DNA of 64,000 nt from Octopus sinensis (Eukaryota). This document shows, piece by piece, positions 26,501 through 38,990 of the stretch. Position 1 is the stretch's first letter; the number at the start of each line of letters is the position of its first letter. The stretch covers positions 1-64,000 of the forward strand of contig NW_021832986.1 of NCBI RefSeq assembly GCF_006345805.1, given 5' to 3'. The translations under genes and the position numbers were made by a program. The notes beneath the pieces are model-generated. The model saw only the letters and a program-made list of their open reading frames with translations, ran no database searches and had not been told where the DNA came from.

Positions 26501-26823
26501 TTGCTACTTTTGATCAAACTGCTCGTTTGAACCCATTAAATCCTCACTGGGAACAAAATCCTAGCTATCTCCCGAATATTTATCAAATACAAAATACAGC
26601 CGATGTGAGACCAAGACCTTATAATATTTCTGAACAACCAAAGCCCTCGAATTATTACGAAAACGACCCTCGTGCTTATTTAAATTATATTAACTCGTAT
26701 GATCCACGGACTCAATTCCAGACTCGTTTTGGACCTTCGAATCAATTTTCAAACATTTCTAAAAATCCATATTTCATAAAGGACATGGAAAAAAAATTAG
26801 CTGAACAGGAAAAAAATAAATAG
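23550..26823 (+). CDS. Bro1-domain ESCRT adaptor (ALIX/HD-PTP family) with V-domain and proline-rich tail
   Basis: KYGESPASFKSEIEKFNNLR...YYCQLRFL...FSWLDGF...EEMAILYNIA...FQKSAGCF; coiled-coil exons 25000-26100; Pro/Asn/Gln-rich last exon 26194-26823; introns of 24-35 nt. Confidence 0.88.
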
Positions 26824-26989
26824 TTTTTCTCTTAATCTATATAATCCTTTATAAAGTAAAAATATAATGTAATCTTGTTTCGAGATCAATTCAAATTATT
26901 ATTTTCTAGAAGCAGAAAAACACAATATATAGCTAGTTCTATGTTGGAATTTCCAAGGAAAATAAAAGTGATTAATGCTGATGATGTCG

Positions 26990-27200
26990 ACCTAATCTTT
27001 TTAGCCTCTTACTAGGAGACAGTGAAGATATCATACAGAGAAAAACCTTGGGAAACGCGGTATCATACAGGCTGAAAAACCTATGGTTAAAACTTGGGAC
27101 ATCTCAAAAGAGGAACTAAAGAGTCTAGACTTGTTCCGCGGGAATCATCTAAGAAGCATAATTTGATTGTCCTGGCGATCCAGGATCTCCGGAGTAAAAT
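26990..27200 (+). pseudogene. RTE RT fragment
   Basis: LLGDSEDIIQRKTLGN...RLKNLWLK resembles LGDSEDIMRRKML in the 47986 ORF. Confidence 0.65.
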
Positions 27201-28099
27201 GTAAAATAAAATAATCTGAAAATTGTAAAGAATATATTGGCATTTAGCGACGACCTGTACTCTTTGAGGAACCTAGCTAGTTCTCTAATATTTTTTGCCG
27301 TACATGCGGGGTTATAAATATTATAGCTTTAGTGAAACTGTTAGGAATTTGAATAAATTTAGATTATTCGATATTTTCAAAATAAACAAAGGACTTTAAT
27401 TTGACCTTCGACCCAAGTTGTTTTTTCAGTGTAGAGAGCCTTGCCTTCTGTGTTTAGTTAATAATGGATATCTTACACATCATTTTAAAACTATTTATTT
27501 AACTTCCCACATACTATAACACACCATCATTCTCTTTTAACATCGGACCACAGCATCTCCAAAAACGACCAGTAATAACTGCATAGAGAACTTTTCATTA
27601 GCGAACAAAGAAGTTAATTATTCTAACTGGAGCCGTATCCGGAATTATTGAGTCTTTGTCTCATCAGTTTTCTGTAGTTGTTGGCGGCTGTGAAGACGCT
27701 AGGAAGCGCGTGACGTCCCATCCGGAAGTCCATATATGTTTGGACTCCGTGTGTGATGAGATTTCACGACGGCGTCACTCATCAAACCCAATCGGAGCTT
27801 CCAGAACAGGCAGTTGAACCCAAGGCCAAGGAGAATATTAGCAGATATCCAGGACTAAAGAGAATATTTGCAGATACTAATCCACTCAGGATTAATAATT
27901 AGCTAAATTAAAAAAATCAACTTTTTTTTGTTCATCGCCCTCTTGTCCACATATAATTAAAAAATTTTTCTGCATTGTCCCTTAATTGGTTGTTTTTTTG
28001 TATATAACCAAAAATCAAAATATAAAACAATAAATCAAATGTAAAAATTGAATTTTTATTAGTGAAACCCTTGATATTTATGTTTACTCGATAAACATT

Positions 28100-28958
28100 C
28101 AATTTCGGGTTTAATTCTGCTCAACTTTAGGCGTATATCCCATCTATAACAGACTTCCAGCCTATTTCTTTCACATTGTGTGTTATGATTGACAAAATCT
28201 CATCTAAATAAGTTGTAGGGAATGTCAATAGTACATTTCTCATTTCCTTCCATAAATTTAAAAATTTCATTTGTAGATCTTTTGATTGCCAAAATTTAGA
28301 AATAACACCCTGTTGAAATCTGTAAATATATTCTTTATTATATTTCAATTCAATTACCTCTTACCTCTTCTTGGACAAATCTTTGAATTTAAGAGATATA
28401 TCCGCTTCTAGTTCCATCAAATATTGTTTTGACTAAAATATTTACTTATCTCAGATAGTTGTAAATGTTTCCAAACTGATTTATAGAAAAATTATCTCGA
28501 TAAAGCAATAATTTTCTTGCAAATGTTTTCTTTATTCTTTTGCAATCAATTTCCTTGAAGAAGAATAGTAATTTCATTTATCCGGGTGCTTGGGTTTTAA
28601 ATGATCCTGTAATCGTGATGGCTTTATCGCCTCATTTGAGAAAGAACATTGACAAATAAGACAATAAGGCTGTTTTGTATCTTCAGTATTTTGAATGAAC
28701 CCATATTTTAAATATTCGTTTTGATAATGACGACTTTTCTTATTTGAGGGAGAAGACATCTTAGATATCAAACAAGAATGTAAAAACAGTGTGTTATTTT
28801 GAATATAAAATTTAAATCTGAAACATTATTAAAATTAACATGTATAAATACTTGTATTATATTTAAATTCGAATATTTTATTAAATATATTATCGCCCCC
28901 TTTTGACCTAATTATCGCCCCCCTTTACAAAATTATCGCCCCCGGTTTAGAACACCTG
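28100..28958 (-). mobile_element. Internally deleted hAT (Buster/Charlie-like) element
   Basis: BED finger YLKYGF...PYCLIC...IKPSRLQDHLKPKHP; C-terminal LLTFPTTY; terminus rc CAGGTGTTCTAAACC with three ATTATCGCCCCC subterminal repeats. Confidence 0.8.
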
Positions 28959-29442
28959 AGGTTGTTCTATTTTCCCTTCATCGATTATTCCGGTATTTTC
29001 AACACCCATAAATATGTAAAATGGGACTTTTTTATCGAAGAATGTATAATATTGTTATAATTATAAACAATGTCTTTTATCCATTCCCAATATTGTCAAA
29101 AACAATTTGAGAAGAACTTGCCGACAATATCCAGCGTTTTAGCTTTGATTAAATTTACAAATCAAATTTTAATTATTCATCTTTAGACATTACTTTGTGT
29201 CCAAGGAGCATGAGACCTCCCACATAAATGTTTTATACCATATCCATTAGCAAATTGCAAAATTCTTTTCTATTATCAGTGTGTAGAATAAGCGGAGGCC
29301 CGACGCAATAAAAAATGTTTTAAATTTTTAAAATGGAAATTCATTCCTAATTTCGTGAGGCTGTATCGTTCATGCCGCTTGATTGACGGTGTACCAAAGT
29401 TGGGGTCCTTCTTTTTTTGATTTTTTCTAATGTTTCCTTATA

Positions 29443-30826
29443 CATTCCTCGACATTAAAATCCGGACAGTTAATAAATCGTCATTTTTATTATCAATTTT
29501 ATTAAAATAAAAACTTAAGCATGCTAATATTATCTATATTTTTTAATTTTATAATATTTATCCATAAATCTTTTTAAAATATTGAGAATAAAGCAAAAAC
29601 CGATTTTTTTAAGACAAAAAATTCCGGACAAATGTCAAAAAATAAAATATCAGTAAGGAATATGCTTTCCTCTCGATTTAAATAACTCTAAACTACGAGT
29701 TTTCATCGAATTTATTAATTTTCGAATAAAATCAATTGGAATTTTATTCCAAATTTCTAATATTTTATCCTTTTGTTGATGTTTATTTTTTGATCGATTT
29801 TCTGTATCATCCCTCGATAATTCATATTTAATTTTTGACCAAATATGTCCAATGGATTCATATCGGGGGATTGTGCCGGCAAATCGAGTAAATTAATTTT
29901 GTTTGCAGAAAAATACTCCTTTGTTGCTTACAAAGTATGACATGGGGCATTGTCTTGCTGGAATATGAAGCTGTTTAATCCCATTTTAATGGCTGATTTT
30001 TCCAGATTGTTAGCAAGAATGTTTATATATTGTCCTGAGTTTATTTTTTCATCAATGAAACATAACGAACCCATTCCAAAATATGAAAAGCATCCCCAGA
30101 CCATAATATTGCCGCCACCACATTTAACAGTTGGGTGATAATTTGAATTTTTGAATTCATTTCCCCTTTTTCAGTATATTATTTTTCTTTTTGGTGCATA
30201 ATAAACTTCAAAAGTGCACTCGTCTGAAAAAAATGATTGATCTCCATCTTTCATCATACATACCAACGAATATTTTCGATATTTCATATCTTTTGAGTAT
30301 GTTTTTTTACTTAACAATTGTTTTTTCTTTGCTACTCTTCCAAATAAAACATTCTTGTTTAAATTGCGGGTAATTGTTCGTGGGGAAATTACTTTTTGAG
30401 TGATGGTTTCCATTTCTAGAGCGAGGTCTTTAGCAGATTTTTCACTATTGGCTTCAGAAAGTTCCACTAATATTTTGATTTCGTTTGTATTGAGTAATGT
30501 TGGTCTTCCAGACCAACTTTTTCTATAAATGGTTCATGAGTTCATGTATTTTCGAACAACATCGAAAACGGTCAATTTCGAAACTCCGAGGATATCAGAA
30601 ATTCTCCTATAAGAAATAATTTGTCCTTTATAAAAAGAATCCATGGAATTTTACGCCACTGAAAACACGTTTTATGCTTTTAAATATCGTTTTATAAAAC
30701 TTTTGTAAATATATTTTTTTAAATATAAAAATATAGAAAAAAATATTGTGCTCAAAGGTTTTTTTTCTAAATTTGATAATAAAAATGACGATTTATTAAT
30801 TGTCCGGATTTTAACGTCGAGGGGTG
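29443..30826 (-). mobile_element. Full-span Tc1 element with decayed transposase
   Basis: About 55-bp TIRs CA(C/T)(C/T)CCTCGAC(G/A)TTAAAATCCGGACA..., TA on both sides, transposase homologous to 990-2003. Confidence 0.92.
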
Positions 30827-30915
30827 TATAGTCTTACTACAAGCATGTTTTCACTCTTTTTTAATTAAAAAATAATAATGTGATTCTATAAAAATAAATA
30901 ATAAATTATTTATTC

Positions 30916-31002
30916 TGTCACACTAATGTTTAAATTTCTATTTTATCGGTTATTTGTGACAAGTGTTGATTATTTTACGTGTATTTTATTCGGGCTGTGA
31001 CA
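30916..31002. repeat. Isolated terminal segment of the 31111 Ginger family, in inverted orientation
   Basis: 30919-31002 is a diverged inverse copy of 31111-31196. Confidence 0.65.
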
Positions 31003-31267
31003 AAATTTGACCAAGTCAGCTAAATAAATAATTAAATCATTTAAAAATAGTTAGTGAACACAGGACATAGAATGAAAATAGGTTCGACTTTAATTAAAGC
31101 CGATAAATTATGTGACAGTCCGAATAAAATACACGCCGAATAATCTACACTTGTCACAAATGGCTGAAAAAATTAGAAATCTAAAAATTAGTATGAAAAA
31201 AATCAATAATTGATTATTTATTTTAGTAGAATCACATTATTATTTTGTATTTAAAAAAGCGTGAAAC

Positions 31268-33719
31268 ATGCGTGTAGTGAGATTATTTAAGGAAACACTG
31301 GACAAAATCAAAGAAATGAAAGACTCCAACTTTGATACATCGTCAATCGAGCGGCATGAGCGATACAGGCTCACAAAATTGGGAAAGAATTTCCATTTTG
31401 AAAATGGAAAAACATATTTTCGAAAAAATGGGCTTAAATTGCGTTTTTTCTGTGAAGATGAAATCGAATTAAAGCTTAAGTGCGTTGAGGTCCAACTTAA
31501 TAAATAAAATTTAGGCGGAACATAACTATAACCACTTTGGGAGAGACCGGCTTTTTTCGAAATTAAGAAATCTCTATTATGGATTGAATAGAGAAGAAAT
31601 CTCTAAGGTGATTTCGAATTGTGCTTTCTGTCAGGTAATAACTCCTTTTAGTAAATATTCTTAGTCGAAAAAATTATTGTCTACGAAGCCTCCGATTACG
31701 CCAATCATTGCAAGGAGATGTAGGGACAGATACATTGCGGATTTAATTGACCTCAGAAGATATTCGGCGTTGAATGATGGCTTTAGCTGGGTATGAATTT
31801 AATGTTAATAAATAGATTTTGGTAATTGTGGATTCTTTTTCCAAATATGTAATGCTTGAACTGTCGGTGACCAAATCTTCTGAAGAAATCGCAGATTTAT
31901 TCCAAAGAATTTTTTATTATGTCGGGCCTCCGCTTATTCTACACACTGATAATGGAAGGGAATTTTGCAATTCGCAAATGGATGCTCTATGTACGAAATC
32001 TTAATAATAAAATGGTATGGTGTGTGTCTGTCTGTCTGTCTGTGTGTCTGTCTGTGTGTCTGTCTGTGTGTCTGTCTGTCTGTCTGTCTGTGTGTGCACA
32101 CCAACTTCAAATTGGCAATACGATGTCCTCGACTTACATGATGAGGTCCTTAAAACCTTCCCCCCCAAAAAAAATTAAAAAAATTTTTTCTGCGTTTTGG
32201 TCAAAATGAACAACTACGATGTCCTCGACTTACATGATGAGGTCCTTAAAACCTTCCCCCCCAAAAAAAATTAAAAAAAAATTTTCTTTGATAGTTGAAA
32301 CCACATTAGCACAATCATTAACACAATTTACCACCAATTGACGCACGACCTTGAATAGAGTGTGCAATTAACAGATTTTGAAATACACTTTGATAGTTGA
32401 AACCACATTAGCACAACCATTAACACAATTTACCACCAATTGACAGCGCAATCAGAAGAATTTGCGTAAAAATATTAACTATTTACTTGAGTTTTTCGTA
32501 AAGATAGAATTTATTTTCGGTATGCCTCTTTTCCTAAACTTTTTTATTATTCAAAAATAATTTTTTAAATAGATAACCGAAGGAGGAAAAACGAAGCTGA
32601 AGAAAAAACGGTCAGCTTAATAAGGTAATTAATTAAATCTTTTTTGTGTGTCGCTTTCTTGCCTGCCGCATTTCCGCCTGCCGCATCTCCCCCTGCCCCA
32701 TTTCCGCCAGTAAAAAATAAAAAAAGAAAAAAAAGGAAATTACAAAGGAAAATGAAAAAATTAAATATAAAAAAAATAAACCACAAAAAATGAAAAAAAA
32801 GTTTGCAATGACAATAAACAAGGCCCAGGGACAGTCATTAAAGGTAGTTGGGTTATTTTTAGAGAGTGAGTGTTTTTCACATGGACAGCTGTATGTGGGA
32901 TGTTTGAGGGTAGGCAGAAGAGAAAATTTATTCATATATGCCAAGGAAGGACGGACGACAAGCATCGTTTATCAACAGGCGATAGAATAGGGTTACATTA
33001 AACCAGGTAGTTTTACATCTACATAAACTTATAGTTGTTTGATGAAACAGGCCCTCCGCAGGAGCTAGGTCGCGGTGAGCGAAGCGAGCTGCCGAGCTAG
33101 TATGGTATAAAACATGTACGTGGGAGGCCTCGTGCTCCTTGGGTACAAGGGCAAGTCGAAAGGTTAATGATTTAAAATCGATTTGTAGATTTAATCAAAG
33201 CATAAAACGCTGGATATCGTCGGCAAGTTCTTCTCAAAATTGTTTTGGACGATATCGCGAATGCATAAAGGACATCGTGTATGATTACAATAACAGCATT
33301 CATTCTTCGACAAAAAAAATCCCTTTTTATATATTCATGGGTGTTGAAAATCCTGGAAGGATTGATGAAGGGGGAATGGAGCAACTTTTAGCCTATGATT
33401 CAACTGGATTATCAGAGGCACGAGAAAGTGCATTAGAAAACTTAATTATTGCTGGCGAAAAAATGATTGAAAAAAGAAAATGGAGATACGACGAAGAAAA
33501 TATCAATGTCGGAACGACTGTGCTTTTAAGGTCTCAAGCGTCAAATTAATTTTTAGACAGGACAACGATGCCAATGTTCGGCAGTATCCGCTGTACGATG
33601 GACTTGATGTTAATAAGTATATTGTTGTCGAGCGAAGAAATGATCTCTATGTTATCGAAAAGGAGGACGGTGAGCGGTTACACGGAATTCATATTTCTCG
33701 ATTAGCTAAAATTGATTAA
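31268..33719 (+). pseudogene. Retroviral-type DDE integrase (about 405 aa after splicing), disrupted only by a Helitron
   Basis: HHCC (EHNYNHFG...CAFC), IADLID, HTDNGREF, PWVQGQVERFNQ. Five GT-AG introns of 25, 30, 25, 26 and 26 nt. The spliced CDS is 1218 nt and open once 31999-33100 is removed. Confidence 0.9.
31999..33100 (+). mobile_element. Non-autonomous Helitron
   Basis: 5' TC and 3' CTAG with a GC-rich hairpin upstream; inserted between A and T without TSD (rejoins ACGAAA-TATGGT = T-K-Y-G). Contains a (TGTC)n tract and a PIF1-like helicase tail FAMTINKAQGQSL...HGQLYV (32790-32990). Confidence 0.92.
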
Positions 33720-34619
33720 TTTTCATAAATCCATAATAAAAATAATTTTTTATTTAAATTAACGATAAATTTTATATGAAAATTTTATTAGGATAACCTA
33801 AAATGGAATAACAATATTCAACGTATAAGTTAACTGCGTAAATTGAGTGTGGTTGGTTTTGTTTATATAAATTAGTAAAAAAGGTTAATGAATTTTACAT
33901 TAAAAATCATATTTTTAATAATAATTAAACATTTTGTTGTGTAAATTTTTAATTTCAGTAAAATTAAAGAATGTAATTATTCGGCGTGTATTTTATTCGG
34001 ACTGTGACAGAGTATATATTTTATCTTAGTCACCTTTTCCCTAAAAATGCATATCCTGGAGACATGACGGAAAAGTCCAGAAATATTGAGCCAAAGTATC
34101 TGGATATGTTCCGAATCTTCTGAAAGATTAATTTTCGGGAATTTCGAAACCAGAAAGACCCATTAATAACAGACAACGTAAACATGGCTAATTCAGACTG
34201 TTTTGAAAATAATTATTTTCTTGAGAAATATAAACATGAATAGTCATGATAGAGAAAAAAATGTGATAAAATTTATTATTGATCTAACGACGGTCATGGT
34301 CCAATCTCAGAAAGAAGCGCACGTGCACACTCGCAGATGATATCACTGCTTTCAAAGGCATGGCGAAGAAAAAGAAAGACTCGAAAAAGCATATTTTTTC
34401 ATTTCTGTGTCTTCTCTATGAAAAATACGTATCCGCAGTCACTGCTAAAAAGTATAATAATTAATTTTCGAAATTACATACATATATTCTTTTTTGTTAG
34501 TTTTTTAATTATTTTAAATTTAAAAAATTATATAGCTATAGAAAATTCTAGAAATTTAATTCAGGCTTGTTTCATTCTACGTGGTCTTGTTAATATTTCT
34601 ATTTCTAAGATAGTTAAAG

Positions 34620-35848
34620 ATGAGCGACAGATTTTTCACTACATCTGATGACTGTAATGTCTTAATAACATCTCCATAGTTTTCGGAGACGGTTTTGGTG
34701 GAGGAATATTTGAGAATTTTTTTGGTCATGGAAATTCAAGAAGAAGCAGGTCATCTCGTAAATCAGAAATGACATATATACCATTCGGGTAGTTTCCAAA
34801 AGCGCTTAATTTCCTAAGTCTATCTTTAGAGGATTGCTACAAAGGCAAAAAAACAAAACTTATGATTAAAAAGAAGGTTACTTGTAAAAAATGCCGCGGG
34901 TAAGGATAATTAATACATTATTAAGTTCTGGGAGTAAATCTGGTCAAAGTTATTCCTGCTCTACCTGTAGAGGAAAAGGCAGAGTCATTCGTGTCCAACA
35001 AATTGGTCCTGGACTAAGGACTCAAGTTCAAGCTCAATGCGATGACTGCGGAGGACAAGGTTTGATTTTATCATTTATTTAAAATTTAAATAATTTTTAT
35101 TATTAATAATTTATTAAAGGGGAGTCGGTTGACTATTCTGATCGGTGTCCAGAATGTGAGGGGAATAAAGTAATTTCATCCTGCAATACGGTGGAAGTGA
35201 CCTTCCCACCTGGATCTTGTCAAGACTCGTGTATTACTTTGAGAGGAGAAGGCGACCAATTGGTTGATTTTGGGTTTGTATTTGTAGCCGGGAATGGAGG
35301 CTGGCGATATCGTAATTAAAGTGGATCAGAAGCCACATGATACATACAGATGTGAACGTGGTGATTTGATAATGAACAAAACCGTGACAATGTCGGAAGC
35401 CATCTGCGGAGCTAAATTTCCCGTCCAACGTTTGGATGGTACGTGCTTCTATTTGCATGTCAACAAAATAATAAAAAATGGTTTTGTCGGTATATATAGT
35501 ATAGACGATATTCGGATTGTGAAGAATGAAGGAATGCCCCCTAATGACGGACCTCGGGGAAATCTTTATATTTCGTTCACAGTGGAATATCCTCCCGACA
35601 ACTTCGCATCAGAATCGGACCTTTTAGTTTTATTTTGAGATGCTTATTATTAGATTCTGAAAAAACATTTGAATAGAAACTTTAAGTCTGAAAAGGAATG
35701 TGATGAATCTGATGCAGTTCTCGTGCAAATGGATAGTTTTGTTCAACAAACTCGGTGTACTGGTGGAACTCAGTCTGATGATGAACAAGATGACGAAAGA
35801 GGTCGTTTTCATGGTCAGTCTCATACTACCCAATGCACATCTCAATGA
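34620..35848 (+). CDS. DNAJA: Class A (type I) J-protein homologue: G/F region, four CxxCxGxG repeats, CTD, CaaX (CTSQ); J-domain not found
   Basis: LSLEDCYKGK...CKKCRGSG, CSTCRGKG, CDDCGGQG, CPECEGNK...PGMEAGDIV...GMP...RGNLYISFTVEYP...QCTSQ*; tiny introns. Paralog number not assignable. Confidence 0.9.
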
Positions 35849-36051
35849 ACTTACTATATTTACTAAATTTGGTTTTGTTTTTTAATCATTATTTGAAATT
35901 TATTACTGAATAAAATTCATTTGGATCTAATTTGATAGATTTATTATTATTTTTTCTATTTTTTAGGATTCGATGCTTTTAGGCTAGGGGTGTCTAAGAT
36001 ATGGCCCGTGAGCTAAGTTTAAAAATGTATGTAAAGTCTTGAATTATTATT

Positions 36052-37673
36052 TGTCACCGGCCTTAGGCTGGACGGCGCCGTTCGTTGGACACTTTCAAAA
36101 TCTCATTTATTTCAATTTTGCTCATATAAAACAACCTTAATTTTTTCCAAGTCCCATTTTAAGCCTATTTTCGATGAATTTGGTGACTTTTGAGAAAATA
36201 AGAGAGCTAACAAAACCAACCACACCGTTTTTTATACGATTATTGATTAAAAATCATAATGTTTATTATATTTCGAGGTTTACCATTTTAAAATAATACT
36301 TTTTAATAGTTATAAAATCGAATTTATTTGTAAAATTTATTAAATAAAATAGACGTTGGTATCCTAACAGCAATTTTAGAGATGACCAGTACAGATTTCT
36401 AAAGGGAACCCTAACCAAACCTTAATTGCTGCACACGTATTACTTCTTATCCAGCCCTAGGCTTTCAGGTAGTAAGTCCAACCTAAACCAATTGGCCTAC
36501 GGCCGGATTTTTTTGGAATCCAACTATTCCCCTATGCGGCCTTCGGCCGCGGTGTGTTTGCTTCTTCTTATTTTAAGTTTCCTATTATTCACATTTGCGT
36601 CTCTATCATGTCGGATAATAACAGAATCTCCGACATTTATATCCTCTTCGTCGAATTTCCATTTCCTTTTTTAGACATTTTCGCTCCTGCTTTTTCTAAA
36701 TTTTCTACTACATTATTTCTCTGTTCTAATATTGCAACTGTATTTTCTTCTGTAATGTCTTCGTATAGTATTTCTTCATTTATATCGTCTGCAGTAAACA
36801 TTTCGAGTGATTTAATTTTATTATGAATTGTTTGGTTTTTAGTAATTCTCATAAACACGTCAAATGGTTTGTGTTTCGTAGTATCATGTTTTGTTGTGTT
36901 ATAGTCATACACAATTTTCTTTGAGCTGACCTCCAGGCTCTCTATTAATTCGTGTATAACTTATTCCCCATTTTACCTGTTTTTCCAATTAAAAAAAAAA
37001 AATTTTCTTAATAATATCCAAATATCTCCCAAATGTTCCATTCGTAGCACTTGTAGCCGATATTCATCTTTTATAGATTGATTGAATCTATATAATTAAA
37101 TTTTTCTTAAGCGACCTTTCTACTTGGCCCTGAATCCAAGGTGCTCTTGGCCTGCCGAAAACTTGTTTAGTTCCAAACTCCTTGCATACATTCTCTAACC
37201 AGGAGTTTCTAAATTCCTTTCCATTGTCACTATGCAAAAGAATTGGATGTCCAATGGTGTAAAAAATTGATTTTATTAATTTTGAAATTTCAATAGCATT
37301 TTTTGTCTTTGGAGGTTCAACGACTCCAATGAAGAATCTTAGTTTTTTACCATTTTTCAGAATGAAAAGCACAGATTGCTCATCAATAAAATTTTTTGAG
37401 AGAGAACGTATTTTAAAACGTTCTTTCCTCTGTGTTTCATCTTCTATCAAGCCAGTTTCAATATAATTAATTAATTTTTCAACAAAGGATTGCAATAGAT
37501 ACAACAAAACCATTCTCACGCGATTCTTAATTTAAACAAAAATTAGGAATATTTAATAAATTATTTAAATAATTTTGCTTTTTTAATGGAGATTATTATT
37601 GTAAAAATATTTTTAATTAAAAATATTGCTTAGTGTCCACTCAACGGCGCCGTCCATCCTACGGCCGGTGACA
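36052..37673 (-). mobile_element. Internally deleted Ginger-type element
   Basis: About 40-bp TIRs TGTCACCGGCC(T/G)TAGG(C/A)TGGACGGCGCCGTT; TSD TTATT at 36047-36051 and 37674-37678; integrase HSDNGKEF...PWIQGQVER with a 28-nt intron at 37088-37115. Confidence 0.88.
36919..37005 (+). mobile_element. CRE 3' UTR-only insertion
   Basis: TTTGAGCTGACCTCCAGGCTCT matches 62604 onward; A-tail; TSD AATTTTCT. Confidence 0.7.
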
Positions 37674-37802
37674 TTATTTAACACCAAATAAACCTAAAAC
37701 AATCTAAATACAAATAAAAAGGATATTACTTAAAGAATATTTAATGGTTCACTCTAAATAGTATGAACAAAAAATTCTTGAAATGGTCATACTATTTGGA
37801 TA

Positions 37803-37888
37803 CAGTCCGACTTTGAAATAGAACACTAAGTGTTTCAAAAACCAAGGTGTTCCAGCCCCAAGGTTTGTTCCAAATCAAGTTCGAAGTG
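37803..37888. mobile_element. 86-bp pogo/Tc1-type MITE
   Basis: Imperfect TIRs CAGTCCGACTTTGAAATAGAAC and rc CACTTCGAACTTGATTTGGAAC, flanked by TA. Confidence 0.5.
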
Positions 37889-38039
37889 TATTAGAATAGT
37901 AGAATTAATTTTTTGGATATATTTCAATTTTGAAAAAACGAAACTTTCACTAATCATATCAAAACATAAACGATTAATAAAATCCATTTATTCTCTAAAC
38001 ATAATTAACATAACATGTTATTCATTATTTGTCAACTAC

Positions 38040-38450
38040 AAACACATTTTTCAAATGGCAAAGTGATCGCCAATTTTAAAGCGACTCTTATCGAGGTAAA
38101 AACTTTTATATTTTCAGATTAAACCTAACTTATAAGATATCTTCACAATTAATGCGATAAAAGATGGCATTCTTCCAGCTTGTTTATATCTACAAGAGTG
38201 TGATCGAACCAGGACTTTTATATGGATGCGAAAGTTAAATATTCTTCAAAAAAAGCAACAGATTATTGACATTTTTGAACAAAACAAGAAGATTTGCTAT
38301 GAAATTAGCCTTCAAGCGTAGAGTGAATACCCTGCTTAGAGACTTGGAGGCAAACTCGACTGAAACGATTGGCGCTTTGGTTGAACAGAGAATAAAGACC
38401 TCCAACAATGACAAATAATTCGGGCTTTTTAGAAACGGTCAGCAATGCAA
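38040..38450 (+). pseudogene. RTE RT C-terminal fragment
   Basis: YKSVIEPGLLYGCES motif; a related piece lies inverted at 45245-45355. Confidence 0.65.
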
Positions 38451-38990
38451 AGAAATTATGTTAAGTCTCATAACAAGACTGCTTCCTTAACCACGTAGCT
38501 TGTTTTCGTGCTCTTGGTTTCGCGTTAAATAAAAACATTCACATTCACACATAGTCTTTCTATCTTCTCAAAAAGTCTTTAAAAATGTCGACTTTTCTTT
38601 ATCATAAATTTCAAATTTTACAAAAATAATATTTCATTTAACATGAGAAGATGGAGGAGACAAAAGGACAGCATTACTTTAGGTGCTCAATATGTGTATT
38701 CTTTCATGTTTCGGATAACAAACAATAATAATTGGATAACTGATCCGCACTTATAGTTTGCAAAATGGTATGTTAAATTTTGCTAAATCTAAATACGACT
38801 ATTTCCAAGAGAATTAGCTTAAAGCTAGCATTTGAATTTTCAAATAATCAGTCAGTTTACATTAAGAGATGCATACATGCCTCTCGACGTGGCAAATAAC
38901 TGTAATAATACTGTATCAATGATCATAACACATTTTAAGGGTGGTTCTTAAAATAAAAACAATTCCACAGAAACTCAGGTTTAATAAATA

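Larger units (their letters stand above)
31111..34009 (+). mobile_element. Ginger2/TDD-type DNA transposon
   Basis: TIRs TGT(G/C)ACAGTCCGAATAAAATACACGCCGAATAAT at both ends enclosing an integrase gene. No TSD match between these two ends. Confidence 0.85.

Noticed and set aside
32119-32445. Spaced direct repeats resembling a CRISPR array
   Set aside because: Only two copies of each of two different repeats, inside a Helitron in a eukaryote; no cas genes.
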